DNA of 64,000 nt from Poseidonia sp. (GTDB taxonomy: Archaea; Thermoplasmatota; Poseidoniia; Poseidoniales; Poseidoniaceae). This document shows positions 44,369 to 54,424 of the stretch, one piece after another. The stretch lies in the NCBI GenBank assembly GCA_965661285.1, contig CBFIDD010000001.1:128001-192000 (forward strand), in the 5' to 3' direction. The number at the start of each line of letters is the position of its first letter. Positions within the stretch are counted from its first letter, which is position 1. Position numbers and translations under genes: made by a program. The notes under the pieces were generated by a model. It ran no database searches, was not told the DNA's origin, and was given only the letters and a program-made list of their open reading frames with translations.

Positions 44369-46495
44369 ATGCAACCATCTGCAGACAACGAGGTGTCCAG
44401 AGGCACCTCCCAGCAAGAAGCACGACAGGAAGAACAGCAGCCCAGCCAACCTCCGCAGCAGCGACGTGGCTGGTTAACCGTCCTTCAGACCCTAAGCCTG
44501 GTGGCGGTCATGATGCTCGCCCTGTACAACCATGCACTCGTAAACGCCGTCCCAGGAGAGACCCTGGCCACACCCTGGCTGGTCGAATCCGAACCTTTTG
44601 GACCCCTCGAACCCTGCAACGAAGGCGGCGCACGCATCCACACCGGTTTTGACGTCGACGGAAACGGTGCGCTCGAGGTTGGTGAGCGCATGGACACCAT
44701 CGTGCTGTGCAACGGCATGCGCGGCCTCTCCGGACCTCAAGGTCAAGCAGGAGATGACGGTGTCAGCGCCGTGGCTCAGCGTTTGGAAACCGAAACCTTG
44801 CCCGTGGGCAACACGACCTGTCCTGAGGGCGGAGTGGTGATGCACAGCGGGTTGGACCTGAATCTCAACGAGGAACTCGAGGCAGAGGAAGTGGTCAACC
44901 AAACCGTCCTGTGCAACGGACGGATGGGCGACAACGGACACAACGGCACCGCCGGTATCGACGGCACCGCAGGCGCATCGGCCCTGGTTGACAAGATCAC
45001 GGCGCCCAACTACATCTGTTTGGACGGGTTCGTCATCCGCTTTGGTGTGGACGACGGCACCAAGGCTGGCATCGCCGGCAACGGCTTGCTCGAGGAGAGC
45101 GAAGTGAGGGAGACGCTGAACTTCTGCTTTGAGCCGCTCAGGTCCGACCGTGTGAGCGATGTGTTTGACGGAGCCGGGAACTCCATGACGACCGGTTGCG
45201 ATGAAGCCGTGTGGTCCAACGCCCAATCGGCGTTCTACTTCGCGGCCAACGACGGCACCAACGGTTGCGAACTTCACGTTCACAACCCCGAGACGAACTC
45301 CACGACGATGGTGGTCGACCTCCACCCCAGCGGCGACGCCCTGCCCGGCCGCGACCTCGGACTGTGGGCGTTGGGCGACCGTCTGCTCTTCGATGCGACC
45401 GACGGAGCGAGCATGCGACAACTCTGGGCCAGCGACGGCACGGCCAACGGTACGACCGCCTTGGGTGCCGTCGAGGCATGGGAGCCCCTTCCGTGGAGCG
45501 GGGGGCTGATGTTCCGCTCCACCTCCAATCAACTCGTTTGGACCAACGGCACGGCCCTCCACAACGGAATCGTCCCGCCAGAATGGAGCGAGGACGTGTC
45601 ACAAGCGGCGCAGGCCAATCTCGCAGGGCTCAGCGATGTGGGTCAAGCGTGGATTCACACCGACGGCCAAGCAGCGTGGTTCAGTGCAGCGGATGAAAAC
45701 GGCGATGTTGAACCCTATCGGCTCAGCGTGGACGGGGTGGTGACCTCGTGGCAGCTCAACGATGTTGGCGACACCCAGCTCTCAAACCTGGTCAGCGTTG
45801 ACAACGACGTCATCGCCGTCGGTGTTCGAGGCGGCGTCAAGCAACTGGTGCGCCTCTACGACAACGGCTCGTTCGAATGGCTGACTTACATCGTCCCGTC
45901 TACAGGTGGTACCCGAATCGGAGAAGGAATGGGCGTTCACCTCATCGGTGACAATCTCGTCTACGATGCAGTGACGTCCGGCAACGAAGCTCGCCTCTGG
46001 ACCACCAACATCGCCAACGGCATCACGCTGCAACTGAGCAGCGACCTGCAATCACCCGGGGACCATGTTGGTGTGGCGAACACGGGCGAGCGCCTTCTCT
46101 TTGATTGCCTCACGCCCACGCACGGCATGGAGATCTGCACCACCGACGGGACGCCCCAAGGAAGTCGTGTCGTCCACGACCTCACGCCGGGATTGATGTC
46201 ATCGGACATTCGTGGGTTGGCAGCCGTCGGCGATGGATGGGTCGTCATCTCGAGCGGTTCGGTGAACGGCACGGCCCAAGGCGTCGCGCTTTGGGCGATC
46301 GAGGGCACGGCCATGCGCCTTGCATACGACCCATGGACCGGGAACGGGAATTCCTCTCAAGCCCTGAACTACGGGGCGCTCGTGATTTCCCCCACGCAGG
46401 CTTGGTTCATCGCCCATGACGGCACCCACGGGCACGAATGGCACCGCTGGAGCCACGGCGAGATGTCCGACGACTGGATTGTCATTCGTCGCTGA
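44369..46495 (+). CDS. Membrane-anchored surface protein: three Cys-bracketed repeats with collagen-like linkers plus ELWxxDGT-type beta-propeller
   Basis: N-terminal TM; repeats C.EGG...G.D....G.L...E......CNG; G-X-Y runs; QLWASDGTANGT, EICTTDGTPQGS, DGTHGHEW. Confidence 0.85.
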   Translation: MQPSADNEVSRGTSQQEARQEEQQPSQPPQQRRGWLTVLQTLSLVAVMMLALYNHALVNAVPGETLATPWLVESEPFGPLEPCNEGGARIHTGFDVDGNGALEVGERMDTIVLCNGMRGLSGPQGQAGDDGVSAVAQRLETETLPVGNTTCPEGGVVMHSGLDLNLNEELEAEEVVNQTVLCNGRMGDNGHNGTAGIDGTAGASALVDKITAPNYICLDGFVIRFGVDDGTKAGIAGNGLLEESEVRETLNFCFEPLRSDRVSDVFDGAGNSMTTGCDEAVWSNAQSAFYFAANDGTNGCELHVHNPETNSTTMVVDLHPSGDALPGRDLGLWALGDRLLFDATDGASMRQLWASDGTANGTTALGAVEAWEPLPWSGGLMFRSTSNQLVWTNGTALHNGIVPPEWSEDVSQAAQANLAGLSDVGQAWIHTDGQAAWFSAADENGDVEPYRLSVDGVVTSWQLNDVGDTQLSNLVSVDNDVIAVGVRGGVKQLVRLYDNGSFEWLTYIVPSTGGTRIGEGMGVHLIGDNLVYDAVTSGNEARLWTTNIANGITLQLSSDLQSPGDHVGVANTGERLLFDCLTPTHGMEICTTDGTPQGSRVVHDLTPGLMSSDIRGLAAVGDGWVVISSGSVNGTAQGVALWAIEGTAMRLAYDPWTGNGNSSQALNYGALVISPTQAWFIAHDGTHGHEWHRWSHGEMSDDWIVIRR

Positions 46496-47351
46496 TGGGC
46501 ACGACGTTGGTCCGTCCGATGCAGTAGGAACACGATACGCCCACGACGTAATCGGGTGATGCTTGCTCCTGTGTGGACAACGGTTCTCGACAGGCGAAAC
46601 AAACGACCACTTCGGTCTCATCGAGGGAGGCATTCACCGCCACGCGCTGGTCAAACACAAAGCAGTCCCCGTTCCAATGGTCACCGCCGACCTGTTCGAA
46701 GTAGCCCAGCACGCCGCCTTTGAGTTGCTTGACGTTGGTAAACCCCGCTTCAATCATGATAGCACTGGCCTTCTCGCACCGAATGCCACCCGTACAGAAC
46801 ATCACAACCGGTTCGTCCTTCATGCTGTCCGGGAGCTGCTCAATGGCCTCTGGAAACGCCCGGAAGGTGCGGATGTCGAGGTCGATGGCGTTGTCAAAGG
46901 TGCCCACGCGCAATTCGTAATCGTTTCTCGTGTCGAGGACATGGACGTGTTCGCCAGCGTCGAGCATGGCTTTGAAATCGCGAGGCTCAATCTCCTCTCC
47001 CGTGAAATCAGCGGGCCGAATGTGGTTGAGACCGACCGAAATGATCTCGTTTTTCAATCGGACATTCATGCGATTGAACGGCTGATAGTCGGTGTAGGAG
47101 ACCTTGAGCGGAAGCCCTGCAAACCGCTGGTCGCTTTCAAGAACGCTGGTGAACGCCTCAATGGCCGAAACGGTTCCAGCAAGAAAGAAATTGATGCCTT
47201 CAGGTGCCAGAAGAACGGTCCCCTTGAGGCCAACATCAATGCACAGGCTGCGATACATCGTTTGGAGGTCTTCCCGGTCGTTGAGGTCAACAAACCGATA
47301 ACCGGCGATGTTCATGATGGAGCCGGACACAAATCGGCGTGGAAAATCCAC
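46482..47351 (-). CDS. trhO: Rhodanese-domain tRNA hydroxylase TrhO (UPF0176/YceA family)
   Basis: LKGTVLLAPEGIN, RLKNEII, LDTRNDYE..VGTF, FCTGGIRCEKA, LKGG, WNGDCFVFDQR, C-terminal Cys cluster. Confidence 0.9.
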   Translation of the reverse strand: MDFPRRFVSGSIMNIAGYRFVDLNDREDLQTMYRSLCIDVGLKGTVLLAPEGINFFLAGTVSAIEAFTSVLESDQRFAGLPLKVSYTDYQPFNRMNVRLKNEIISVGLNHIRPADFTGEEIEPRDFKAMLDAGEHVHVLDTRNDYELRVGTFDNAIDLDIRTFRAFPEAIEQLPDSMKDEPVVMFCTGGIRCEKASAIMIEAGFTNVKQLKGGVLGYFEQVGGDHWNGDCFVFDQRVAVNASLDETEVVVCFACREPLSTQEQASPDYVVGVSCSYCIGRTNVVPISDE

Positions 47352-47369
47352 TTCTTGAGTTCACCGACG

Positions 47370-49136
47370 TCATTCGAGCCGGCGCCAGTCGTGATTCGAA
47401 GCGAGGGGGCGCCGCCACCCTTGTCCGAACGCCCGAGAGGAAACACGTGGGGCCGGCGGCATTTGCCAGCGTTTGTGTTCGTTGCGCTCAAGCCGGGTGA
47501 GCACATCCATCACCATCGAGGCGTCATGACCCGCAGCCACCAAATCATCAGCGTTCAGGCCACCCTCAATGTGGCCTCGCAGCACGGCGTCCAAGCGCTC
47601 GTAAGGTGGCAAGGTATCCTGGTCGGTTTGGTCGGGAGCGAGTTCTGCAGAAGGGGGCTTGGTCATCGTCGAGGCGGAAACCGGTTCGGTCATGCCTCGA
47701 GCAGCTGCCCGTTGGTTGAAGCGCTCCGCCATGGCGTAAACGTCCATCTTGTAGACATCACCCAAGGGGGCATAACCGCCCGCCATATCGCCGTAGAGCG
47801 TACAATACCCCTGCGCAATTTCTGATTTATTTCCGGTGGTCACCGCCATGCTTCCGTTGGCGTTGGCGTACCCCATCACAAGAATCGCTCGCAGCCGAGC
47901 CTGCAGATTTTCTCCAGCAACCGGATGGCCGCTCGAGAGCACCTCTGCGAGCGTGGTCTCAACGCTGGTGTGCATGGCGTCAATGGGATGGAGGTGATGG
48001 GCCATCCCAAGCGCTTTTGCGGTGTGGAGCGCATCGTCAATGGAATGCTGTGAGGAATGACGACTGGGCATGGCCAGTCCGGTGACGTTCGCCGCACCGA
48101 TGGCCTCGGCAGCGACACAGGCCGCCACGGCGGAATCGATGCCGCCGGACAGTCCGAGCACAATGGAGTGGATGGAGGATTTTCGACAATAATCAGCAAG
48201 TCCCGTCACGACGGCATTGGTCAGTTCCTCGATGGTGTCCTCGAACGATGAACCGTCATCCTCCGGCTCGAGATGCATCGTTGCGGTGGCGCCGATGCAC
48301 AGGGCGTCATCGGCTTCGCTGGCCACCCAAGTGCACGCTTTGGGGTCGTTGAGGTCAACCAAGAGGACGCCTTCTTGCCACGATGGAGCGACGACGGCAC
48401 GGCCGTCGGGCCAGACCACCAAACTCCGCCCGTCGAACAGAAGGTCGTCGTTGCCCCCAACTTGATTCGCAAGAAGAAACGGATGGTTCAGAACGGAGGC
48501 TGCGTGTCGGGCAACGGCAAGTCGCGTGGTGAATTTCTCGGAATGAAACGGAGAGGCGGAGAGGTTCACGGTGGCGTGAATATTCACGCCCTGCCGGGTC
48601 CATTCCGCGATGTGCTCAATCGGGTCCTGGGCGTAGGCAGACGGCGTCATACCGGCGGACTGCCAAGCATCCTCGCACACGGTGACTCCCAACGTCAGGC
48701 CGCCAAATGAACGAGCGAGACCCGAACGGTTCTTGGCCGCAAAGTAGCGTGCTTCGTCAAACACATCGTAGGTCGGGAGCAGCTGTTTTTCTGCAACGAT
48801 GCGCCCGTGTTCGTCGTTGGTGATGCTGACGGCGTCCGTACCGGACCGCACCACGCCGTTGGTGGGCAGTGTGCGGTCGTCTTCTGCAGGAATCGGTGTG
48901 CCGATGAGCAGGGGGAGAGGGGCATCCATGTCCAGAGCGGCCGTCATGGAGCGATGAACGAAATCTCGCTCCATCAACAGGTCGCGTGGTGGATAACCGC
49001 ACACGGCCAGTTCGGTTGATACGCCAACCGAAGCACCCGCCTGTTTGGCTTGTTGTGCGAGGGAGGAGAGGCGGTGCACGTTGAGCTCAAGGTCGCCCAC
49101 CGTGGGGTCAAATTGTAACAAGCCGATCTTGCTCAT
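47370..49136 (-). CDS. nadE: Glutamine-dependent NAD+ synthetase
   Basis: Nitrilase domain E-K-C (TEL.VCGY, KQLLPTYDVFDE, VCEDAW); synthetase GLSGGIDS, ENLQARLR, TGNKSE, PSAEL. Confidence 0.96.
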   Translation of the reverse strand: MSKIGLLQFDPTVGDLELNVHRLSSLAQQAKQAGASVGVSTELAVCGYPPRDLLMERDFVHRSMTAALDMDAPLPLLIGTPIPAEDDRTLPTNGVVRSGTDAVSITNDEHGRIVAEKQLLPTYDVFDEARYFAAKNRSGLARSFGGLTLGVTVCEDAWQSAGMTPSAYAQDPIEHIAEWTRQGVNIHATVNLSASPFHSEKFTTRLAVARHAASVLNHPFLLANQVGGNDDLLFDGRSLVVWPDGRAVVAPSWQEGVLLVDLNDPKACTWVASEADDALCIGATATMHLEPEDDGSSFEDTIEELTNAVVTGLADYCRKSSIHSIVLGLSGGIDSAVAACVAAEAIGAANVTGLAMPSRHSSQHSIDDALHTAKALGMAHHLHPIDAMHTSVETTLAEVLSSGHPVAGENLQARLRAILVMGYANANGSMAVTTGNKSEIAQGYCTLYGDMAGGYAPLGDVYKMDVYAMAERFNQRAAARGMTEPVSASTMTKPPSAELAPDQTDQDTLPPYERLDAVLRGHIEGGLNADDLVAAGHDASMVMDVLTRLERNEHKRWQMPPAPRVSSRAFGQGWRRPLASNHDWRRLE

Positions 49137-49154
49137 GGCCTCACCCGACGAACC

Positions 49155-52100
49155 TCAAGGGTGCTTGACGATCTCACCGTTGGCGTCCTTGTACCACCAT
49201 TCGTTGGTGGCTTTGTCGTGGTACCACCAGTAGCCGTCGGACCCCATCACCCAATCGGTTTCTTCCTCCCCTGAAGAGGCTTCGGAGGCGGTGGTGGTTG
49301 CTACCGCAGTCGCGGAGGTCGCCGCTGCAGACGTTTCCTCAGGAACATCATACTCATCGTCATCGTCCTCAAACTCGGAGGAATACTCATCCCAGTCAAA
49401 CTCAGAACGTGAGCCAGAATTCACGGTCATTCTTCGCATCCACGTGAGCAGCATCACCACGACGGCCACCAACAACAGACCGGTGAGGCTTCCGATGACG
49501 GGGTTGACGTCGCCGAACAATTTCTGTGAGAAACTGGGCTCTTCGGCCACTCGGACATCGACGTTGGGACCGCTGACGGTCATGCCGTTGTCAAGCGTCG
49601 CTTCGACCCACTGGACGCCGGGAACTTCGGGCTGCCAATCTACGGCGAGCAAACCGATGGCCCCTGCCTCTGCATCAACCGCGGTGCGTTGAATCAGCGT
49701 GCGCTGGCCCGTGGTATCCACGGTTTCGATCACCACGCCGATCTCACCCTGCAGCGATCCGATGTTTTCGACCTCGAGTTGAACGGAGGTTGTTTCACCA
49801 ACATCCAGCAACAAGCGGGAGTAGGTCAAAGCGGACGGGGCGACGGTGAATTTTGGCTGCAACCATTCCATGTTCCATGTCGCAAGGAAGGGGTTGTTCA
49901 GGTTGCCACCAAGGCCCGTGACAGCGTTTCCTGCAAGGTCGCGACCAGCAATGCTGATCTTGACTTCCATTCTGTCGATGAGCATCTCGTTTGTGATTTC
50001 ACTGAGGTTCATTTCGGTGTACAATTCCAGTCGCAGTCCGTCGAGTTCCTCGCCTTCGAGGGAAAGTGGCTCTCGTCCGGACCGAATCACATCACCGGTC
50101 TCAAAGTCTTCAACCTGCCAAACGAGTTCAAGGGACTGGAGGTCAAGACCGCCCAGTTCTTGCACGACGACACGAACTTCGTGAGCCTCACCGCCCAAGA
50201 TGGCACGGGGTCGAGGCGAGAGCACTTCCTGAGGTTCGGGACCCGTACCGTCAACGACAATCCATTTCACGGACGATTCTTGGTCGGTTAGGTCAATGCC
50301 CTGGCCCTCAAGGCATCCCACTTCCCACGTCATGGGCACCGAACCGGAGGTTGCGGGAGCGTTCAAGGCGATGGACCAAATGCCGTCTGTCGCCGTAGCG
50401 CCGTAGGTTTGGCCTGCAAAGAGAATGTCCACCTGACAGGCGAAGTCAGGCACGGAACTGGTCTCCGCAAACACGAGACCGCCAGAGATTTCCATCGGTG
50501 TCAGCGGGGTCACTCTCGCTCCGTCGCCAAGGAAGGACCCACGGGTGAGGTGGAGGTTGACGCTCTCTTCTGGGATTTCGAGTCCAGCGGAGAAACGCCA
50601 TCGATGCTCAGGGAAATTTCTCATCTCTTCTTGGCCCGCTCGGTCCACCACGAGAATGGCGGGCTCTCTTCGATTCTCACCAAGATCCGGCGTGTTCCAA
50701 CCGAAGTGAAGATGAATGTTCAGCACGAGGTCCTCCTCGTAAGGGTCGGCAACGCCGTTCGCGCCGAGCATGGTGCACTGGTCGATGAAAACATGTGTGG
50801 ACGTCGTGGTGCACTGGCCGGTGTCGAAGGCCCATTCGATGCTCATCGGGTCGCTGCCTTGATTGCTGGCCAACATGACTTCAACGGTTGAGAGGTCCGA
50901 GCCTCCGTTGGGCTCAGAAATCTTGACGTTGAGTTCGTAGGGTTGGGCGGGATGCAACCACGACATTCGTCCGTCGGCCCACGCAAAGGCATCCGGTGCG
51001 AGTTCGGGAGCGCCGTCAATCGCCAGTTGGTAAACGAAGAGCTGTTCGCCTTCCTCCGCACTGCCACCGTCCTGTATAGCGTAGCCAGAGGGGTCGGTGC
51101 CTTCGAGATAGACGGCCACTTTTTGGCCGAGTGTCCCGTCAGTGTCGTCGATCATCAGCGTGTAAACACCGGTCAAGGCCGTAAGGTCGCTGGGCAGGAG
51201 CATCGAAACGGGGTTGAATTCACCCTCGTCGGGCCACCCGTTCATGTTGGCATCATCGTCCCATTCCTTCCAGACCATGGCGGTCATGGCGTTGGGAAGT
51301 ACGGGTTGGTCGAGAATGGTGACCTGCATCACTTGGGTAGGGCTTGGCGTGCGGTGGTCGTAGCGATACATCGAGGTCTCGGTGACCCTCGGCTTGACTG
51401 AATCTACCGTGAAGGTGCGACTGATGACGCTGGGCTCGATGACCGATGAGCCGTTCAAGGAAACAAGACCAACTTCCCATTCCACGTCCCCGTAGGTGAA
51501 CGGGATGTTCTCGGTGAAATTCCAATAGGCCCCATCAAGCGAGGTGGTGTTTCGCACCGCAACACCGTCTCTGTAGAGGGTGAGCTCAGCGTCGCCGTCA
51601 ACGAAGCCCCGAGGGTCCGAGACGTCCTCAAAGCCAACGGCGATGGAGACGTTCATCGACTCCCCACCTCGGAGGTATTGGCGGGTCGGGCTCATGGCCA
51701 CGCCGTCTTCGGAGAACACCACGGACTTGAGTTCGAGGTCGTTTTCGTAGCCCTGCGTGGAAAGCCCACCCCAGGTGTGTGAGAAGGGGATGGAAATGAC
51801 ACCGCTCTGCATAACCAAACGGGAGGTGGCGGTCAGCTGTGTCTCGTCGTCCCACGTTGGACGAAGACGGAACGTGATGTTGGTGGTCACGCTCGTCCCG
51901 TCTTCGGCGATGGTGATGGCGTCGGTTGGATGAAGTTCGATGAGGTCGGCGTCGCCCAAGCCGGACGGCCCACCGCCGTCTGCCGGGAAAAGGAGGGTGG
52001 CTTGGGTTGCCTTGCTGTAGACATCGAGGCGATGATGGGTGATGGAACCGCCGATGACCTGGTAGGTCGAGGAGATGGTCTGCCATTCTTTCGACGGCGT

Positions 52101-54254
52101 CAGAACCGTTGTCGCGTCGAGCATCGCACCCTCTTCTAGCAGCACCGTGCTCGAGGTCTGCAGACGGACCACCTCAACGGTCAATCCACCGCGTTGGTCG
52201 GCCATAAACGGCAGAGGAATCGCCTGCATGCCGCCGGCGTTGGCAACAGAGGTGCGAGCCTCATTCACGCCCATGACAAAGGCGGAATCGGCACCGGCCA
52301 CGAGGTTGTGCGTGGCGTTGTAGGTCGCCCGCAGTCCTGCGAGCACCGTGACGCCGTTTCCGGACACCTCGATGCGGGCTTCGGTGAAGTCCGTGCCGAG
52401 GATGTCGACGGCGTTGCCGGTGTTGGCGAGGGCGTGGGTGAAGTCGGCCAATTCACTGGCGCTGAGATGGAACAAACCTGCGGTGGTCGTGTCGGTGGTA
52501 CGGTTGGTGATCAACGTGTTTTGAACGAAGAGCGCAATCTCCAGCACGGTGCCTGCTTCTGCGGCATAACCGAAGCCGAAGGACGTCAAATCGTTGGCCG
52601 GCACCAGCAACCGGGTGTCGGTGGGAGCACCTGAGGTCAGCGACAATGACACGCGCTCCTCACCGTTGGCGAAGCGGTCCTGCCAGCCCCACGTGCCGAT
52701 GCGAGCATCCTCCCCGCCCCATTCATAGCGCTCGTCAAGATTGAAGTCAAGGGTCGGGCGTGCGGGGTGCTGCCCTCCGAACATGTCCAGTGCGAGGTCT
52801 TCAACGTTCCAGACGGTGAAGTTGCTCATGTTGCCGTCGGCCGGGAGAATGGAAACCACCCGTGCCTGCATGCCAACGCTGTACTGGTCGAGCGTGGGAA
52901 CGAAGGGCAACGAGACGTTCATCCACGGCTCATCGGGATGGAAGCGTGCCTGAACCTGTCCGTTGGTAACCGTGCCGGAGAGACCAGCATCGTAAAGCGG
53001 CCCGCTGGCCAGGACCCACGGTGATGTAAGGGTCGAGTTCCCGTCCAAACCCACCACGCCAATGCCCGGCGTGTAGGTGGCGTTGGTCATCGTCCAGCCC
53101 CGCTTGGCAGGGTCGGTGATGAAGGATTCGCGCGCAGCACCGTCGCCAGCGATGCTGTGGACCTCTGGCATGCCCGCTGCGCTCCCTTTGAATTCAAGAT
53201 GAAGGCGGAACTGGTCGACAAGGTCATGGTCGAGCAGGTTGATCGGCACGATGAAGTCGTTGGAGCCCTCCATCCCCGGGATGACTTCACCCGCCGGGTT
53301 GAGCACCGACCAGTTGAGGTAAGCGTCCGTGGGAACATTGGCTTGAATGTACAGCGGTGCATAGGTGTCGTCGGCGAGAAGTTGGGTCGAACCCGTCTTG
53401 TGGCCGAGGGAAGGGCTTGTCCAGTTGGACTCAGGTGGGGTCGCGATGTGGACGTCGTCAACAAACCAGTAATCGCAGCAGGTGCTGCTCCCGCTTGTTT
53501 GATGGATACGGAATTGCGAGCTGCTGTGAATCGCCGCAGCCGGGAGCGTGGTCATGAACTGGAAGTTTGAGGTCTGCGAGCCACCGCCACTGAAGGTTTG
53601 GAAGGTCGTCCATCCACCGGCGGCCGACTTATACTGGAACTGAAGGTTCTCACCGCTGTCAGGTGTTTCACCGCAACCAGAGCGCCCCTCGTGCACCCAT
53701 GCATGGAAGGGAATGTTCGCCCCGCCGGCCAGGTTTACCACGGGTGATGTCCCGTAGGTTGAGCCGGCGTAGGTTCGCAAGGAGCCGCCTGAAGAACCGT
53801 TGTAACCGCAGGCAGGCGAACTCACGCGAGCGGTGTAGGAGTTCGAGAAGGTCCAACCTTGGTTGTTGGTGTTGAAGTCCCACAGAATGCCCGGGGAAGA
53901 ACCCGTCAACACACCGCTGGAAGAGGTTGAGCCGTTGGAGATTGCATCGGGGTGGTTCCAGTGGCTGTCACTTTCCCAGACGAAACCCGACTGGGTCGGT
54001 AGAATCCGAGGCGTGAAGTTCATCTCAGCGTTTACCAAAGGTTCACCGTAAGGAAGGTCGAGTTTGAACATCGTGTTGGGCGAGGTTGTCAACGTAAGGT
54101 TGACCTCATCGCCCTGACCGGCTTGCAGGACCGCTGTTTCTTCTGCGAGGCGGAGGGGCTGGGAGCCGGCTGGAGCGACCACGCTCAGCCAACTGCTCAT
54201 GACAAAAAGCACGACCAAACCAAAGGCCTGTGCATGGGCACGCCTACCCGCCAT
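49155..54254 (-). CDS. Very large secreted, C-terminally anchored surface protein (1699 aa)
   Basis: Signal peptide; reelin/MAM-like module near the N-terminus; many beta-rich domains; CARDB-like domain before TM; acidic, Trp-rich cytoplasmic tail. Confidence 0.88.
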   Translation of the reverse strand: MAGRRAHAQAFGLVVLFVMSSWLSVVAPAGSQPLRLAEETAVLQAGQGDEVNLTLTTSPNTMFKLDLPYGEPLVNAEMNFTPRILPTQSGFVWESDSHWNHPDAISNGSTSSSGVLTGSSPGILWDFNTNNQGWTFSNSYTARVSSPACGYNGSSGGSLRTYAGSTYGTSPVVNLAGGANIPFHAWVHEGRSGCGETPDSGENLQFQYKSAAGGWTTFQTFSGGGSQTSNFQFMTTLPAAAIHSSSQFRIHQTSGSSTCCDYWFVDDVHIATPPESNWTSPSLGHKTGSTQLLADDTYAPLYIQANVPTDAYLNWSVLNPAGEVIPGMEGSNDFIVPINLLDHDLVDQFRLHLEFKGSAAGMPEVHSIAGDGAARESFITDPAKRGWTMTNATYTPGIGVVGLDGNSTLTSPWVLASGPLYDAGLSGTVTNGQVQARFHPDEPWMNVSLPFVPTLDQYSVGMQARVVSILPADGNMSNFTVWNVEDLALDMFGGQHPARPTLDFNLDERYEWGGEDARIGTWGWQDRFANGEERVSLSLTSGAPTDTRLLVPANDLTSFGFGYAAEAGTVLEIALFVQNTLITNRTTDTTTAGLFHLSASELADFTHALANTGNAVDILGTDFTEARIEVSGNGVTVLAGLRATYNATHNLVAGADSAFVMGVNEARTSVANAGGMQAIPLPFMADQRGGLTVEVVRLQTSSTVLLEEGAMLDATTVLTPSKEWQTISSTYQVIGGSITHHRLDVYSKATQATLLFPADGGGPSGLGDADLIELHPTDAITIAEDGTSVTTNITFRLRPTWDDETQLTATSRLVMQSGVISIPFSHTWGGLSTQGYENDLELKSVVFSEDGVAMSPTRQYLRGGESMNVSIAVGFEDVSDPRGFVDGDAELTLYRDGVAVRNTTSLDGAYWNFTENIPFTYGDVEWEVGLVSLNGSSVIEPSVISRTFTVDSVKPRVTETSMYRYDHRTPSPTQVMQVTILDQPVLPNAMTAMVWKEWDDDANMNGWPDEGEFNPVSMLLPSDLTALTGVYTLMIDDTDGTLGQKVAVYLEGTDPSGYAIQDGGSAEEGEQLFVYQLAIDGAPELAPDAFAWADGRMSWLHPAQPYELNVKISEPNGGSDLSTVEVMLASNQGSDPMSIEWAFDTGQCTTTSTHVFIDQCTMLGANGVADPYEEDLVLNIHLHFGWNTPDLGENRREPAILVVDRAGQEEMRNFPEHRWRFSAGLEIPEESVNLHLTRGSFLGDGARVTPLTPMEISGGLVFAETSSVPDFACQVDILFAGQTYGATATDGIWSIALNAPATSGSVPMTWEVGCLEGQGIDLTDQESSVKWIVVDGTGPEPQEVLSPRPRAILGGEAHEVRVVVQELGGLDLQSLELVWQVEDFETGDVIRSGREPLSLEGEELDGLRLELYTEMNLSEITNEMLIDRMEVKISIAGRDLAGNAVTGLGGNLNNPFLATWNMEWLQPKFTVAPSALTYSRLLLDVGETTSVQLEVENIGSLQGEIGVVIETVDTTGQRTLIQRTAVDAEAGAIGLLAVDWQPEVPGVQWVEATLDNGMTVSGPNVDVRVAEEPSFSQKLFGDVNPVIGSLTGLLLVAVVVMLLTWMRRMTVNSGSRSEFDWDEYSSEFEDDDDEYDVPEETSAAATSATAVATTTASEASSGEEETDWVMGSDGYWWYHDKATNEWWYKDANGEIVKHP

Positions 54255-54424
54255 GGTCGTTGGTGGTCATCAAAGGACTTGAAGGATGCCCCTCTCGTTT
54301 TCCCCGGAAAATGATTCCAGCGGTTTTATGCCTTGGTTTTCCCAAAGGCGCAAACCCGGTCGAGTCGGGAAAAATGAACAAGATGTGGAGTAGTGTTCAA
54401 AACCGCGTCCTCGTTCGGTGAACC

